The translations under genes and the position numbers were made by a program. A stretch of 63,483 nucleotides of DNA, counting the filler, from Chiloscyllium plagiosum (taxonomy: Eukaryota), in assembly GCF_004010195.1 (NCBI RefSeq). It is 4 parts of one record of this genome, joined end to end, with 100 filler letters (N's around TTAATTAATTAA, not from the genome) between each part and the next. Parts side by side here need not be neighbours in the genome. Positions count along the whole stretch, not along the records: positions 20,697 to 43,075 come from NC_057712.1; positions 43,176 to 61,886 come from NC_057712.1; 2 more parts are not named here. One strand, 5' to 3'. This document shows, in pieces, positions 34,729 to 48,644 of the stretch; within the stretch, counting starts at the first letter, position 1, and each line of letters opens with the position of its first letter. The notes beneath the pieces were generated by a model. The model did no database searches. It saw only the letters and a list, made by a program, of their open reading frames with translations, and had not been told where the DNA came from.

Positions 34729-37040
34729 AATACAAAAGGTCCCTAGAGCTTAAGACCTAGTGTCCAGGACCAAATGGCTTTAGGGCTATCAGGATGGAGA
34801 GGAGATATGTGATGCTCAGGAATCTGTGATTACTCAGTTTGGGCTTCTTGGTGGTCAAACCACAAAGAGAGGGAGCAACTATGTTACTGATTGGTGGAGA
34901 GCTTGATGTTGAAAGAATGTCATTGATGCAGGCTTCCTTTCCCACTTCCCATCCCAACGTAAAACTGCAGCAAGGTCAAAATGGATGGCACAAAAGTGGG
35001 AACGTCATCCGAGGAATTTTAAGGGCTCTCCTGCCTGCAAATGTGCCAGTGGGAGAATATAAATTCTTCCTATGCTATCCAGTTCTTAATAACATTATGT
35101 GTAGTGGCTTTGTGTAAAATTCCTTTGCTTTTAATGATGGCGATAAACCTATTATTTTATGCAATAGTTTCTAATGTTACACAAGCTGTATATTAGTGAC
35201 TCACACTTCATTTGCCTCCTGTGTTGGACAGTTTTATATAATCTTATGGTAGTTACTAATGCCCAAAGATGGTTTGAATTAATTTTAGTTAATGCCTGCT
35301 TATGAAACATCCTACCAAAATTATGGAACAACACATCGTGAAACACATAGGTGCTACTGCTATTTTGCTTTGAATGCATGCTCCAACTACTTTCACAACC
35401 ACCTCAGCCACATGAGTCATTTGTATTTGCTGATATCTTCAAAATTACATACATGAGTAATGGGACTTAACTTTGCAGACAGCTAGGTTTACTGCACAAA
35501 TAGGAGCATGAAGTTAGGAATTGAGTGAATAGTTTAGTCTAAATAAATTCAAATTGACTTTGGGAGAATGTCAGTTGATATTGAAGCTAATCTCATCTGC
35601 CTGCAATATGTGAGGCATTGAAGAGAAATATGACATCCACAAACGAAATAGATAAATGTAGTCAACCTGAATTAAATCAATCAATTCACCCTTCAGTCAG
35701 CTGTGGATCAGTCTAGCCAGGTTTGAATAAATGCAATATATGTACCCTGAGTAAAAGTGAATTGAGCTTAAGGAAGGCTGCATCAATCACAAATTAGTGA
35801 TTTAATTTCCCCTAAATACATACAATGTAGCTTAGAGCAGAGCAGACCACTTGTGAACTACTTAAACAAATGGACACAAGAGATTAGGTAAAAGTCAATC
35901 ACTGGGGACAACAAAATAGCCACAAACTAGTTAATTAGTCCTGTCATTTTCCATCTCCACAATGCCACGTCCCTTTCAAATAAAACAATATTATCATGAC
36001 CTCGCTGTTGGCAACATAACTGGATTCATGAACATAATAATAAAAATTTAAATGAATCACAGGGATTGTTGGCCTTTAGTTTTGACTCATTTTTCCCAAA
36101 AGTAAAAACAGATGGAAATGCTCCTTCCGTACTGCACAGCTGTGCAGTTGTACAACAACCGTTATGTGCCATGCAGGGAAAAAGAGGAAAGGTAGTTTGG
36201 ATGCAAGCATGGAGTGAAGATTGAAATCCCAAACTGAAAATCAGATATATTATGGACAGCATTTCACAAGATGAAAAGTACAGGGAGATTTTAATCCAAA
36301 TGTACAAGCTCTTTTACTGTAACAGTACAAAGCAGAACAGTTTGTCCGTAGGTACAGAAGGCATAGAAGTTATTTGACTCATGTATAACCCAGAGTGGAT
36401 GTTCCACCGTAGAACTGTAACCTGAACATAGTACTGCAGGTCAGGTTCAACTGCAATCGTGCAAATCACCGATTTTACAATTTAGGTCCTAAATAGAGAG
36501 CAATACAGGACTAAATCTTTTTTTTGGCCTTCAGATTGTTCAGACTTAGAAACTCGAACCATGATTAGGCCATACATCCCTCCAAACCTGCTTCATTATT
36601 TAAAGTTAGAGACAAAAAAAACTGCAGATGCTAGAATCCCAGCCTCCTGCTGGTCTAACACTATTTAATATGACCACGTTTGATCTTCTCTCTCAATGCC
36701 ATACTCCCACTTCCTCTCCAAACCCCTTGATGCCTTTAAAATCTAAAATCCAACTCTTTCCTGAATATATTCACTACCTTGGCTTTCACAGTATTCTGCG
36801 GTGGAGAGTTCCACAGGTTACTACCCTTTGAAGTTACTACCTCATCTCAGACTTAAATCATTTATCATGTATCCTGAGACAATAGCTCCTGGTTCAAGAC
36901 TCCCACCAGGGAAAAAGAACATCCTTCTCACATCTAGTTTAATCCAACCTATTACAATTTTATAAATTTCAGTTGTATTTATCTTTCTCAGCTCTAGTGA
37001 ATACCGGCCCCAACAAACCAATCTCTCACTATAGGACAGT

Positions 37041-37713
37041 TGTTGTGGTTGTGTTCGCCGAGCTGGGAATTTGTGTTGCAGACGTTGCATCCCCTGTCTA
37101 GGTGACATCCTCCAGTCAAACTCATGTTGCTTGTCATCTGCGTGTGTGGCTACTAAGGATAGCTGGTCGTGTCGTTTCATAGCTAGTTGGTGTTCATGGA
37201 TGCGGATCGTTAACTGTCTTCCTGTTTGTCCTATGTAGTGTTTTGTGCAGTCCTTGCATGGGATTTTGTACATTACATTGGTTTTGCTCATGCTGGGTAT
37301 CGGGTCCTTTGTCCTGGTGAGTTGTTGCCTGAGAGTGGCTGTTGATTTGTGTGCTGTTATGAGTCCGAGGACTGGGACAACACTACTATTATAGGACAAG
37401 CCAAATAGAGAACAGCCAGAGAATTCCTAGAGGCATCGCACTCATCTACAGATTCAATCAATAAGCACATCGACCTGGACCCAATATACCGGCCACTGCA
37501 GCGGACAGCTGGAACTGACAACCGGAAGCGATAGATTGAAACCACTATAAATGCCGGAGAAATAAATCACAGAAGCACTTCACAGGAGGCTCCCAAGCAC
37601 TGAGGATGTCACCTAGACAGGGGATGAAACATCTGCAACACAAATTCCCATCTCAGTGAACAGAACCACAACAACGAGCACCCAAGCTACAAATCTTTGC
37701 ACAAACTTTGAAT
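37041..37713. mobile_element. PLE family B (Penelope/Poseidon-type): internally inverted GIY-YIG, pLTR, 11-bp TSD
   Basis: Minus 37112-37369 NVMYKIPCKDC..YIGQTGR..RIHEH..EFDW; plus 37370-37534 DWDNTTII..AREFLEA..SINKH; TSD TATAGGACAGT at 37030-37040 and 37714-37724. Confidence 0.93.
37597..37636 (+). ncRNA. Minimal type-I hammerhead motif, PLE family B (CpG-decayed)
   Basis: GCA-CTGAGGA-T-GTCACC-TAGACA-GGGGAT-GAAAC-ATC-TGC; stem I GCA/TGC; inverted partner copy retains ACGTC. Confidence 0.55.
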
Positions 37714-38164
37714 TATAGGACAGTCCTGACATCCCCAGTATTAGCCTAGAGAAACTATGGAAAATATATACTTTCTTATATAGCACAAAATTGCATGCAA
37801 TACTCCAAGTGTGATCTTGCCATGGCACTAGCTAACTGCAACAAGGTATCCCAGCTTTTGAACTCAAATTATTTTTTAACACATGTGAATATGCCATTTG
37901 CCTTCTCGATTACTTGCTGCGCCTGCCTGTCTACTTTCATTGTCTGATATACAAAGACACCCAGACCCCTTTGTGTACCCACATTCCCAAATATGTCACC
38001 ATTTAGATACTAGCCTTCCTTTCTGTTTTTCATTCAAAGAACTAAAATGATTCAGCATAAACTAGCTAAAGCCAGCAACAACAAAGTCAACACAAGTCCC
38101 TGTAAAACAATGGATTCTACAATCCACATGGTATCATTGAATGCAGTTTTCCTAAATGGATGTT

Positions 38165-39350
38165 TATTTTTATTCCTTTATGAGATGTGGGCATTGCTAG
38201 TAGAACAACAGTTATTGCTCTTTCCTAGTTACCCTTGAGAAAGTGTTAGTAAACTGCCTTGTTGAACTGCTGCGGTCTATGTGCTGCAGGATGACCCATA
38301 AGGCCACTATAGAGGGAGCTCCAGGAATTTGACCCAGCAACACTGAAGAAACATCAACATTATTTCCAAATCAGAATGGTGAGTAGCTTAGAGTCGAACT
38401 TACAGGTGGTGATGTTTCCAAGTATTTGCTGCCATTGTTTTTCTAGATGGTAGTGGCCATGGATTTGGAAAGTGCTATTAAGGAGCCTTTGTGAATTTCT
38501 GCAGTGCCCCTTGTATATGGTATATACTGCTGCCTCTGTGCATTGGTGGTGGAGTGTATGAAAGTTTGTGGATGCAGTGCTAATCAAGCAGGTTGCTTTG
38601 TCCTAGATGATGTCAAGCTTCTTGAATGTTGTTGGAGCTACATTCATCCAGGAAAGTGGGGAGCATTCCATCAAATTCCTGAATTTTGCCATTTAGATGG
38701 TAGACAGGCTTAGGGGAGTCAGGATGTGAGTTACTCAGTAGAAGATTCCTAGCCTCTGACTTCTCTTGTGACCACTGTATTTATATGGCAAGTCCAGTTC
38801 GATGGTAACTCCTAATGGTGATAGTAGGGCACTCTATGATAGTAACATTAGACATCAAGGGGTGATGATTAGATTCTCTCATTGGAGATGGTTATTGCCT
38901 AGCACTTATGTTACTTGCCACTTGTCAGCCAAGTCTGGATATTTTCCAAATCTTGCTACTTTTGAACATGGCTTGTTTCAGTATCTGAGGAGTTGTGAAT
39001 GGTGCTCAACATTGTGCAATCATCAGTGAATATTCCCTCCTTACAACATGGAGTGTAGGACATGGATAAAGCAACTGAAAATGTTTAGGCCTATGACACC
39101 AAACTGAGGAATGCCTGTAGAGATATCCTGAAGCTGAGAAGATTGATCTCCAAAAGCCACAACCATCGTCCTTTGTGTCAGGTATGATTCCCATTGACTC
39201 CAGTTTGGGTAGGTGTTCTGAACTTCGTCAAATGTGATCTTGATGTCAAGAGCAGTCATTTTCATCTTGCCTCAGAATTCAGGCGCTTTGTCTATGTTTT
39301 AACCAAAACTGCAATGATGTCAGGAGCTGAAGGTTCGTGGCAGAACACAA
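38165..39350 (-). mobile_element. LINE family B (CR1/L2 group) RT and 3' end, degraded
   Basis: TALDIKITFDEV and GIPQFGVIGLNIFSCFI resemble RT motifs LDIxxAFDxV and GVPQGSVLGP. Confidence 0.8.
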
Positions 39351-42124
39351 ACTGGCCTATCTTCACTGTATATTTCTTCGAAGACAACATAATGTCATGT
39401 CACTCTTTGAAAGTAGCAGGAGATTGGACCAAACTTCATGAAAATACTGCAATATTTATGAGACAATCATACCTCCCAGTATAATACAACTGTCTGTAAA
39501 GTATGTTTTCTATTGGCGCAAACCTTCAACCAGGTATTTATGCACGTTTGAAGACCCATCACTGTTAATTTAAGCAAGCTCCATTTGTAACTACATTTGT
39601 AACTACAATACTACATTTGTAACTACAACCTCTCATGATAATAGCAGTGTAGGCAGTCAAAAGATGTTAAGGAATCAGTCAAAAGATAAATATTTCAAAC
39701 TCTCTCGGGCAATCTCTTCAAATTAAGAGATTTGTTGAACAGGTTTGATGAACAAATCAGCCTGTCATTCTCCAACAGCAAGTCTCTCTGAGCACAATAA
39801 ATAAACATATCCTTCTAACTCAAAACGTATGCAAGCAGACTTCTCCAATTCTAAACATATGAAATGCATATACAATTGAATATTAGAACAAATGTCATAA
39901 TGACTTGTTTTTTGGTCAAGTTTCAAAAGTGAGTGATTAAAGGTTTAAGAATGGATTAATTGACAACTGTAATTGAGCATTATTATGAAGTTCAATATGT
40001 CTATAAAAAGAGCTCAGTGTTATTCCGATGAAACTTTGCATCGGAAAGTTTAATATAAAGCTTGATGCTCCCTCAATTAAAAAAAAACACAATTTGTCAT
40101 GTTAACACATTATGCTTAGGCAGCATGAGTTAATTCAATAAGTGCATTTTTCTTGCATAGGGGGAAACTTGGATATAATTTTCCTGAAGCAAAACTACCA
40201 TGTGTGAGCTTTCTGAAAGTAAAGCACAGAAAATGGCATGCACTATCGAGGACCATTCTTCTGTACGATGCAGAAAATGATATAAGATTTGTTTAAATTT
40301 ACTGCAGAAATCAGCTGACCATTCTTGGAACATGTTCTCCCGCATTTAAGAAACTGCCAACTGAATGGCTTAAAGGGGTTGAGCATGACAGCAGTTGCCT
40401 TGCAGCCAGGGTATAAAATTCAGCTAAGCCCTCATCGCATTGGCACGATCAGGAATATAACCAACAACAGGAGAAATCCTTCTGGAGATGAATTAGTTCT
40501 AATCAGATCAGGCATTCAGTCAGCAGAGTGTGATAACTGGAGTAGCTATACAATATTAATCACACTGAATTGTTTTCAAGTTTAATTTTAATAAACCTGT
40601 TGGATTTGTGATGAAGTTATGTTAGTGGTAATTCCTAATTTCTCTGACATGACAAAGCCAGTAAAACAAGGAAGGTGAGCTCACTTCCTTGGATTTTAAT
40701 TATTTTGTCTTTAACTCTGATATCAGAGTCCATTTTACATGCACAAAATTGTGGAGAACATTTTATAGAAAAACATAACACTAATCGTAATCTGATGCCC
40801 CAGTGTGATCCAGGGGAGCAGTGTTTTGTTAATGTGGTGACTTCCAACTGGACAAGTGTTAGTTGGTTTACAATAGTCCAGATTAGTTCAGACAAAATTA
40901 GCTAGGATTTCAACCATACAGCTACCGAATAAGGCAAGTGTGGAAAGATGCCATGACTTGTGATACTCTTGCAGCAATACGTTACTGGAACTTATAAATG
41001 AGGAATGGTTACTCAAGTAAGATATCAGGGCATGACCAAGGAAATAACTTCATAACTGACATTCCTCATCACTAAAATCATTCCTGAGAGATTTTTCTGC
41101 ACTACTTCCATTGCTTTGATGTCGTTGTTAAAGTGCAATATCGAGAACTGGATATAATTCTCCAGCTGAAGCTAAACTAGCTTCCAGTACAAATTCAGTA
41201 TCCCGTGCCTGTCCTTGGACTCTATCCTCTCCACTTCCACGATGCCTGTGAACTCCACACCTAATTCAAGCTGAGAAAGGTGACCCTGCAACTGAGTAAG
41301 ACATCTCTCAACACCTCTGGGTATCTAGCCACCAATACCCTTGCTGTCATCCCAGGGCCCTTACCACGATGTAATGGAAAGGCAAGGAAAAGGTCACATA
41401 GGTAACACTAGTGACACTTCATTTCACATAGAATATTGTAAAAATATTGGCACTCAAAGTCATCAGCTGTCTTATTAATTGCAGTTTTAGCTGCAACTAC
41501 CAGATGACATGAACTGAAAATAAATAACCGAAATGCAAATGGTAACAAACGACTTTCTGGACTGTGATCCAGAGACAGAATGGCAAACCCAGGCTGTTAT
41601 TCTAGGTGGCTCCTCAACCTCATGTCCCTTTCTCTATTGCAATCCCTGTCAATTCCAGCAATTTTAAGTCTCCATGTGTTCTCACCCAACCATTTTATTT
41701 GACTATTCAGCTTTCCAAACCACTCCCTGAGCCACAGACTTAATGGTTAGTAATGCCTAAAGTCATGATTCATATTCCCTCCCATCAAAACCAAGGTAAT
41801 GGCGATTATTGATGACCTACTTCTTGATGGATCCTGTGCTCCTCTGGGTTATAATAGCTCACACCCTTACAGTATCCATCTTCAAGTGATGTTTTCTCTT
41901 CTGCATCCCAGTGAGCTGGCTGCAATCCTCACAATTGACTTAGAAATTGCATAACATCATTAATAAAACTAGATCATTTTGGTTATGTAATAGTTCTTAA
42001 TATACAAGCATACTAATTGGAAGCAGAAATGAGCCTTCTCATGCATGTTTTGCTATTTAACAAGATCACATTTGATTTGACTGTGGCCCCAGTTCCATTT
42101 GATCTTCAAATCCAATATTATTCC

Positions 42125-42400
42125 TAATTTATTCGTGGGATTTGGGCTCTGCTGGCTGCGGCAGTATTTATTAAAAGTTTCAACTTATTCTTGAGACGGT
42201 GGTGGTGAGCTGCTTTCTTGAACTGCTGCAGTTCATTTGGTGTAGGTAGACCCATAATTTCATTAGGAAGGGAATTATAGGATTCTGATCCAACGATACT
42301 GTAGGAACATTCATATATTTCCAAGGCTAGATGGTGAGTTCCTTGGAGGGGAACTATCATGTCTTTTTGTTCCTATGTATCTGCTGCCATTGTCCTTCTG
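42125..42400 (-). mobile_element. LINE family B 3' end
   Basis: YNSLPNEI..LQQFKKAAHHHRLK. Confidence 0.8.
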
Positions 42401-42546
42401 AAAAATCCATGATATTTTGTATTTTGAATGACCACACAGCTGGTTTTCAAACAACCAAATCTGGGTACATTAATAATGGAACAGGGGAGGTACTAGTGTG
42501 TTAGTGTTGTTGCACCAATGACAAATTCATAGGGTGAGCACATTTA

Positions 42547-43075
42547 TCCTAATTTATCCTATTTATCCTATCCATACCCGTCATAATTTTGTAAACCTCT
42601 ATAAGGTCACCCCTCAGCTTCCGACGCTCCAGGGAAAACAGCCCCAGTTTGTTCAGCCTCTCCCTGTAGCTCAAATCCTCCAACCCTGGTGACATGCTTG
42701 TAAATCTTTTCTGAACCCTTTCAAGTTTTACAACATCTTTCCGATAGGAAGGAGACCAGAATTGTACACAATATTCCAACAGTGGCCTAACCAATGTCCT
42801 GTACAGCCTCAACATGACCTCCCAACACCTGGACTCAATACTCTGACCAATAAAAGAAAGCAGACCAAACGCCTTCTTCACTATCCTATCTACCTGCAAT
42901 TCCACTTTCAAGGAGGTATGAATCTGCACTCCAAGGTCTCTTTGTTCAGCAATACTCCCTAGGACCTTACCATTAAGTATATAAGCCCTGCTAAGATTTG
43001 CTTTCCCAAAATGCAGCACCTCGCATTTATCTGAGTTAAACTCCATCTGCCACTTCTCAGCCCATTGGCCCATCT
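42547..43075 (-). mobile_element. CR1 ORF2 C-terminal region (open frame), cut by gap
   Basis: WAEKWQMEFNSDKCEVLHFG..RDLGV..RGDLIEVYKI. Confidence 0.95.
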
Positions 43076-43175
43076 NNNNNNNNNNNNNNNNNNNNNNNNN
43101 NNNNNNNNNNNNNNNNNNNTTAATTAATTAANNNNNNNNNNNNNNNNNNNNNNNNNNNNNNNNNNNNNNNNNNNN
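43076..43175. other. Artificial gap spacer N44-TTAATTAATTAA-N44
   Basis: Same construct as 20597-20696. Confidence 0.97.
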
Positions 43176-43348
43176 GTGGTGGAAGCGAAGTCATTGGGGA
43201 CATTTAAGCGACTGCTGGACATGCACATGGATAGCGATGTGTTGAGGGGTGCATAGGTTAAGTTACTATATTTTACATTAGGATTAAATCTCGGCATAAC
43301 ATCGTGGGCCAAAGGGCCTGTTCTGTGCTGTACATTTTTTATGTTCTA
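43176..43348 (+). mobile_element. CR1 extreme 3' end
   Basis: TFKRLLDMHM; ACATCGTGGGCCAAAGGGCCTGTTCTGTGCTG; ATGTTCTA tail. Confidence 0.85.
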
Positions 43349-43689
43349 AATAGTTAATACAACAAAGTTAGATTGCTTTGATTTACTGGCAGCAATCTTA
43401 GCACATATCGCAATACATTCAGCCATAAATTTGTTTAAAACTCTTATCGTCATTAGGCAAAATGTTTCAGTTCCAAAGTCCATGCGGTTTAACCACCTAA
43501 CTCTTCAACAGCTGGTCTCAACCATCTCAAGTCTCACGGGTAGTCTTTATCAAAACGGTCAGCTCTGGTTAATCAGTCTTTTCAAAGCAACTGAAATCAC
43601 AACAATAATACTACTTTTGTTTTAAAAAAAGCTCCAGCTTGTGGATTCAGTCTTTAGGAGTGATTAGAGACCAAAACGGGGGATGAGGT

Positions 43690-45115
43690 GTTAAATGAAT
43701 ACTCTGCACCTATCCATACTAAGGAAGGGGACACCGTCCAGGTCATGTTGACAGAGGAGGAAATTCAGTCACCAGAAGGGTTTATAACTGATTAGGAAGA
43801 GGTATTAGAATAGGTTGTTAGTATGTAAAGTTTATTAGGTACCAGGACTGAATGAGATGTATCCAAAGATAAATGAAGTCAGTAGAAATTACAGAAGCAC
43901 CAGCAATAATCTTTCAATCTTCCCTCGATGCAGGGGTGTTGCCACATGACTAGAGAACTGTAAATGTAACATCCGTGTTCACAAAAAAGTTGGAAGGCGA
44001 AGTAAGACTAGCCAATTTTACTTCAGTGGCAAAGAGATTTCTTAAAATAATTATTCATGATATAATAGTCACATGGAAAAAAGTTAGTTAATTAGAAAGG
44101 GCTAGCACAGATTTATTCAGAGAAAATCATGTTTAACTTGCTGGATTATTTTGAATAGACAACAGGGAGCTGATGAAGACACTCAAAAGATACTTGAAAT
44201 AGTGCCACATAACTGTTTTCTGAGTAAAGTAAAAGTTCATTGAATACAAGGGATAGTAGCGATAAAGGTACAAAATTGCTTGAGAGATACGAAAGAGTAA
44301 TGGTTAATGGATATTTTTTGGGTTGGCGGAATCGATAGTGGAGTTCCCCAGGTGTAGTTTTGATGCACTTGCTTTTCCTGATGTATATCAATAAAATTTA
44401 GATTTTGGTATGCAATGGACAAATTCGAAGTTTTCAGATGAATCAAAACATGGAAACATTGTGGACATTGTAAGATGACAACTTGACGGAATGGGCAGCT
44501 AGTTGCTAGATGAAGTTCAAAGCAAAAAATTGAAAGGTGATATGCTTTGGTAGAAAAGAATAGGAGAAATAACATAAAACAAAAGGCTAATTGCCTCAAG
44601 GTGTGTAGAATGGAAAGGCCTAGATTTTTATGTTCATAAGTTGCTAAGGGTGTCAGGATAGGCAGAGAGAGCTGTTAGTGAGGATGTGAATGCATTGAAT
44701 AGAGTGCAATACGGGTTTACAAGAACAGTTCCAGCAATGAGACACTTCAGTTATGAAGACATATTAGAAAAGTTGGGACTGCTTTCTGTGAGAGATTTGT
44801 TAGAAATTTTCAAAATCATGGAGAAGGCTGAACAGAAGAGAGAAACTGTTTTCAAGGATTGAGATGAAGAGGATGCAAATATGGCAAATGGTATAAAAGG
44901 AAGAACCTTTTTTATACATAATCTAGAGAGAGTCTGGAATATTGCCTGCACCTAACTCAAGTTCAATTGAGACAAATGGCATTAAATAACTATTTAGATA
45001 GCAAAATTAGGGTTGTGGAGGAAAAGCAGGAGAATGGCAGAGTCATCAAGCTCAGAGAAACAATGGAGGCGCAATGAGCTTACCAGCCTCCTTCTGCACA
45101 GTGACAATTCTGTGA
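43690..45115 (+). mobile_element. Old degraded CR1 ORF2 (RT to 3' end)
   Basis: Remnants of PG.NEMYP, IIFQSS, NVTSVF, NFTSV and GVPQ; many indels. Confidence 0.7.
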
Positions 45116-45543
45116 TTGCGACCTTGGCCCTACTACTTGCATTGATCGTGCAAAGGTCAGATTTGCTCAACTCATCAAACCTATTTCAGTATGAATTGAG
45201 GATTTTTCATGTGGGGAAAATGATAATGTCCATCGCGCACACATCTGCACTAAGTCTGAAAAAATGTAAGTACACAGAGAAGTTGGCTCTAATCTTGCAC
45301 TTTCTACTTTTAACTTTAGTAAATTAGATTGCAAGCACAAAAACTTGCATGTGTCAGGTTTTACTAACACCTTTCATCCACACTTTGAGAAGCCCTGATT
45401 TATGATGTCAACTTGAACAGAATTCCATAGAATTTCCTGAATACCAAAAATATCAACAGATACCTTGTGAAGAATTACCTGTGTCTGGATGTCATCTCCA
45501 GTAACTATATTTCCTACAGCTCTCAGTGCAGGTGATACAACCT

Positions 45544-45877
45544 CGGCACGGTGGCACAGTGGTTAGCACTGCTGCCTCACAGCGCCAGAGACCCGGGTTC
45601 AATTCCCGCCTCAGGCGACTGACTGTGTGGAGTTTGCACCTTCTCCCCGTGTCTGCGTGGGTTTCCTCCGGGTGCTCCGGTTTCCTCCCACACTCCAAAA
45701 ATGTGCAGATTAGGTGAATTGGCCACGCTAAATTGCCTGTAGTGTTAGGTGCAGGGGTAAATGTAGGGGAATGGGTCTGGGTGGGTGCGCTTCGGCGGGT
45801 CGGTGTGGACTTGTTGGGCCGAAGGGCCTGTTTCCACACTGTAAAATAATCTAATCTAATCTAAAATCTAATCTAAG
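45544..45877 (+). mobile_element. Near-intact young HE1-like tRNA-derived SINE
   Basis: A box TGGCACAGTGG 45552-45562, B box GGTTCAATTCC 45596-45606, CpGs retained, CR1-like 3' end GGGCCGAAGGGCCTGTTTCC, (TCTAA)n tail. Confidence 0.95.
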
Positions 45878-46780
45878 CATATTACTCATTAAAGTGCAAC
45901 TGTCAATCAGGGGAAGTAAGGCTCATGAGAGAATGGAATGTTCATAATATCCTTTCATTTCTTTTCCATTGTATTTTCAAAACTTACATTCAAAGACTTT
46001 ATGAAGCCAATGTGCATTTTCTTTACTCAATTCTTGTGATGTGCAGAGATTTCTTAGTATTGTGTATGTGTGATGACAGCAGTATAAATTTAAGAGATAA
46101 ATGTGTCTGATTTCCTATGATGTTTATCCAAGAAATATCATTCAGACAAAGCACTGTCATGCAAAGCATCAATACAGGCATTCCTAGTCATTTTGCCTCA
46201 CTTTCTATCCATATTTTCTGCAAGGTGTTCATTTTGAGGGGTGGCCAGAAGAAATGGGCTTTGAACTTTGCACTCAGCTACTGTCTAATTTGGCACCTGC
46301 AGAGAGGAACCAGGAATGTAGGGTTATAGTTCAGGGCTCAAAACTCTTTCAATGCATCTGAAACTGAGCACTTGGATGATCCAGACCTGCAAATACCAAT
46401 GGATCTCACTCATTGCAGATTGAGCTAACTTTGTGTACAGTGCATCTGGTTCTCGTTCATCCAAAAATCTGATCGGAAAAACATTCTGGCATGTCTCAGT
46501 TCAAATTCATCAACTGTACTATTTCTGAGGAATTTCACACTGCCACAACACTCCCTACTACAACCTCCCCCTCCCCCAACCACATCCCGAGCAGGGCCTC
46601 ACTTGAAGTGGGCAGTTTACCAATGAGTCACTGACATTTTGCCCACAATTTCCCTGTTCAAAAGTGCACTCAAGATGTCTCACCTTGCTTCACCTATTCT
46701 CTTTCTTGGCTTTAAATGTTAACCACAAACACAATGCGTATACATATGTGTATAACGTGAAAAATGGATCCTTTAGATCA

Positions 46781-46877
46781 GTGTCAAAAAGTGTGGTGCT
46801 GGAAAAACACAACCAGTCAGGCAGCATCCAAGGAGCAGGAGAGTCGACATTTTGAGCATATGCTCTTCATCAGGAAT
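46781..46877 (-). mobile_element. PLE family A pLTR remnant without tail
   Basis: Minus strand ATTCCTGATGAAGAGCATATGCTCAAAATGTCGACTCTCC.. Confidence 0.8.
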
Positions 46878-47829
46878 CAATCATATTCTTTGCAGCTTAT
46901 AACATATTCACACACAAGGTAAATGCAAATTTTATGAGCAGTAAGTTTTGAAGTCTATTTTGGTGCCTATTGGGCTTCATCAGTGTTGAATATCACCATC
47001 ACATAAGTATGTGTTCATATCAGCAATATAAAAATATAATGAATCATTCCAAGCAGTGGTGTAAATTTACTGAACTCCATCTCCAGTCTGCGAGGTCTCT
47101 TCCAAACCACCTTTACCTGTTACTTGTTGTAACATGTACAAACTTGTAAACACTGAAGTCACAAAAGCATTCATTTCAAAACAGTTATGACCTGTATGAA
47201 GACAGTAAACAAGAGAGTTTCAGAAATGTTTATATACCATTTTGTCACAGTATGAATTCAAGCCTGGAATTAACAATCTTTTGTCAATTGCTTCAGTATG
47301 GTTAGTTGTCACAGTGCCACAAAATCAAGAACAATAATAAAACACAAAAAAAGAAACAAGTTATGCCATAAAACATTAAATAGCTTAATAAAATTTTATA
47401 TAGATATACATTTGCTTAAATTTTGTTCTCACATTTTGTCCCACATTATTACATTAAAATTAACTTTCATCAAAATTATCATAGAATTCCAATAGTGTAA
47501 GTTTGTCATTATGACAGCCTCCTACCAACAGTGACTTTCTCCCTGATTTGCATCTTCGCTGCTCCTCATCCTGAATAGTAGAGAAATGCTAATTTTCCAA
47601 CTAACACTATGTTACTGATTTCTAGATTGCCCTAAATCTATTGAACTAACAGTAAAGGCTGAGTTCAAAATGTAACTGAGATCATACCTCAACAACTTGC
47701 TCTCTCAACCACTCTATTGTCCACGTGGGCACTTGGTCTTGACCCTCTGTCTATCTTGCCTCATAGATTTCTTGTATAAAATTTCATGAATGTACCAAGA
47801 CGATTATCTGTCAACAATAATGGGATGGC

Positions 47830-48175
47830 TTGGGTAGGTGGTTAGCACTGCGGCTTCACAGCACCAGGGACCCAGAATCAATTCCAGCATGGGTTACTGT
47901 CTGTGTGGAGTTTGCATTTTCTCCCTGTATCTATGTGAGTTTCTGCCGGGTGCCCTTTTTACCTCCCACACTCCAAGGATGTGCAGGTTAATTGGTTTGG
48001 CCGTGCTAAAGTGCCCATAGTGTCCAGGGATGTGTAATCTATGCAGATTGGCCATGGTAAATGTGGGGCTGTTGGGATAGGATGGGAGTTTGTGTTTGGA
48101 TGGGAACTCTTTAGAGGGTCAGTGTAGATCCAGTTGGCCAAATGGCCTTATTCCCTACACTGTAAGGTTTTCTAT
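47830..48175 (+). mobile_element. Older HE1-like SINE
   Basis: GTGGTTAGCACTGC..CAGCACCAGGGACCC..TGTGCAGGTTA. Confidence 0.85.
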
Positions 48176-48644
48176 TGTCTAAAAGCACGTTGTAGGAAAG
48201 TGGAAATTGAAGGTTTGGATCAGAATAATCATCTATATATATATAAAAAGCTGATAGTAGGATGTGGTTTCAAGATTGATATCCAAATGGGAAAAGCATT
48301 CTAATAAAGGAGGATGGAGCATACTGAAGAACAAATAAATACCCAGAGGATGGATAAAGAATGGTGTACAGTGATTGACTGAGGGGCTATGGATGAAACA
48401 GGACAGAAGGAAATTAGACACGGCATATGGCACAAATCTGGGAAATTAGGAGCAATGTGAACAATGATTCAAATATTGATATTGGGACTGCTATACTTAG
48501 ATAAGTGACTTGTATTCAGAAACTCAGTACAAAGTGTCACATTTACTGGTGATATGAAATTGAAAAGAGCGATGGAATATCAGAAAGATACAAGCTAATT
48601 GACAAAATAAGCATATGGTCACTTCAATGGCAGATCAGCTATAA

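Larger units (their letters stand above)
36550..38020 (-). mobile_element. Degraded CR1 RT/3' fragment hosting a Penelope insertion
   Basis: GMSGLSYN | SYSERL..YSLE..EIYKI read across the insertion point. Confidence 0.75.

Noticed and set aside
40675..40905. ORF resembling a signal peptide plus cysteines (MSSLPWILIILSL..)
   Set aside because: Starts at GTG, no recognisable family, no supporting splice structure; expected by chance in AT-rich DNA
45544..45615. tRNA-like A and B boxes
   Set aside because: Head of an HE1-like SINE, repeated seven times with SINE body and tail; not a tRNA gene
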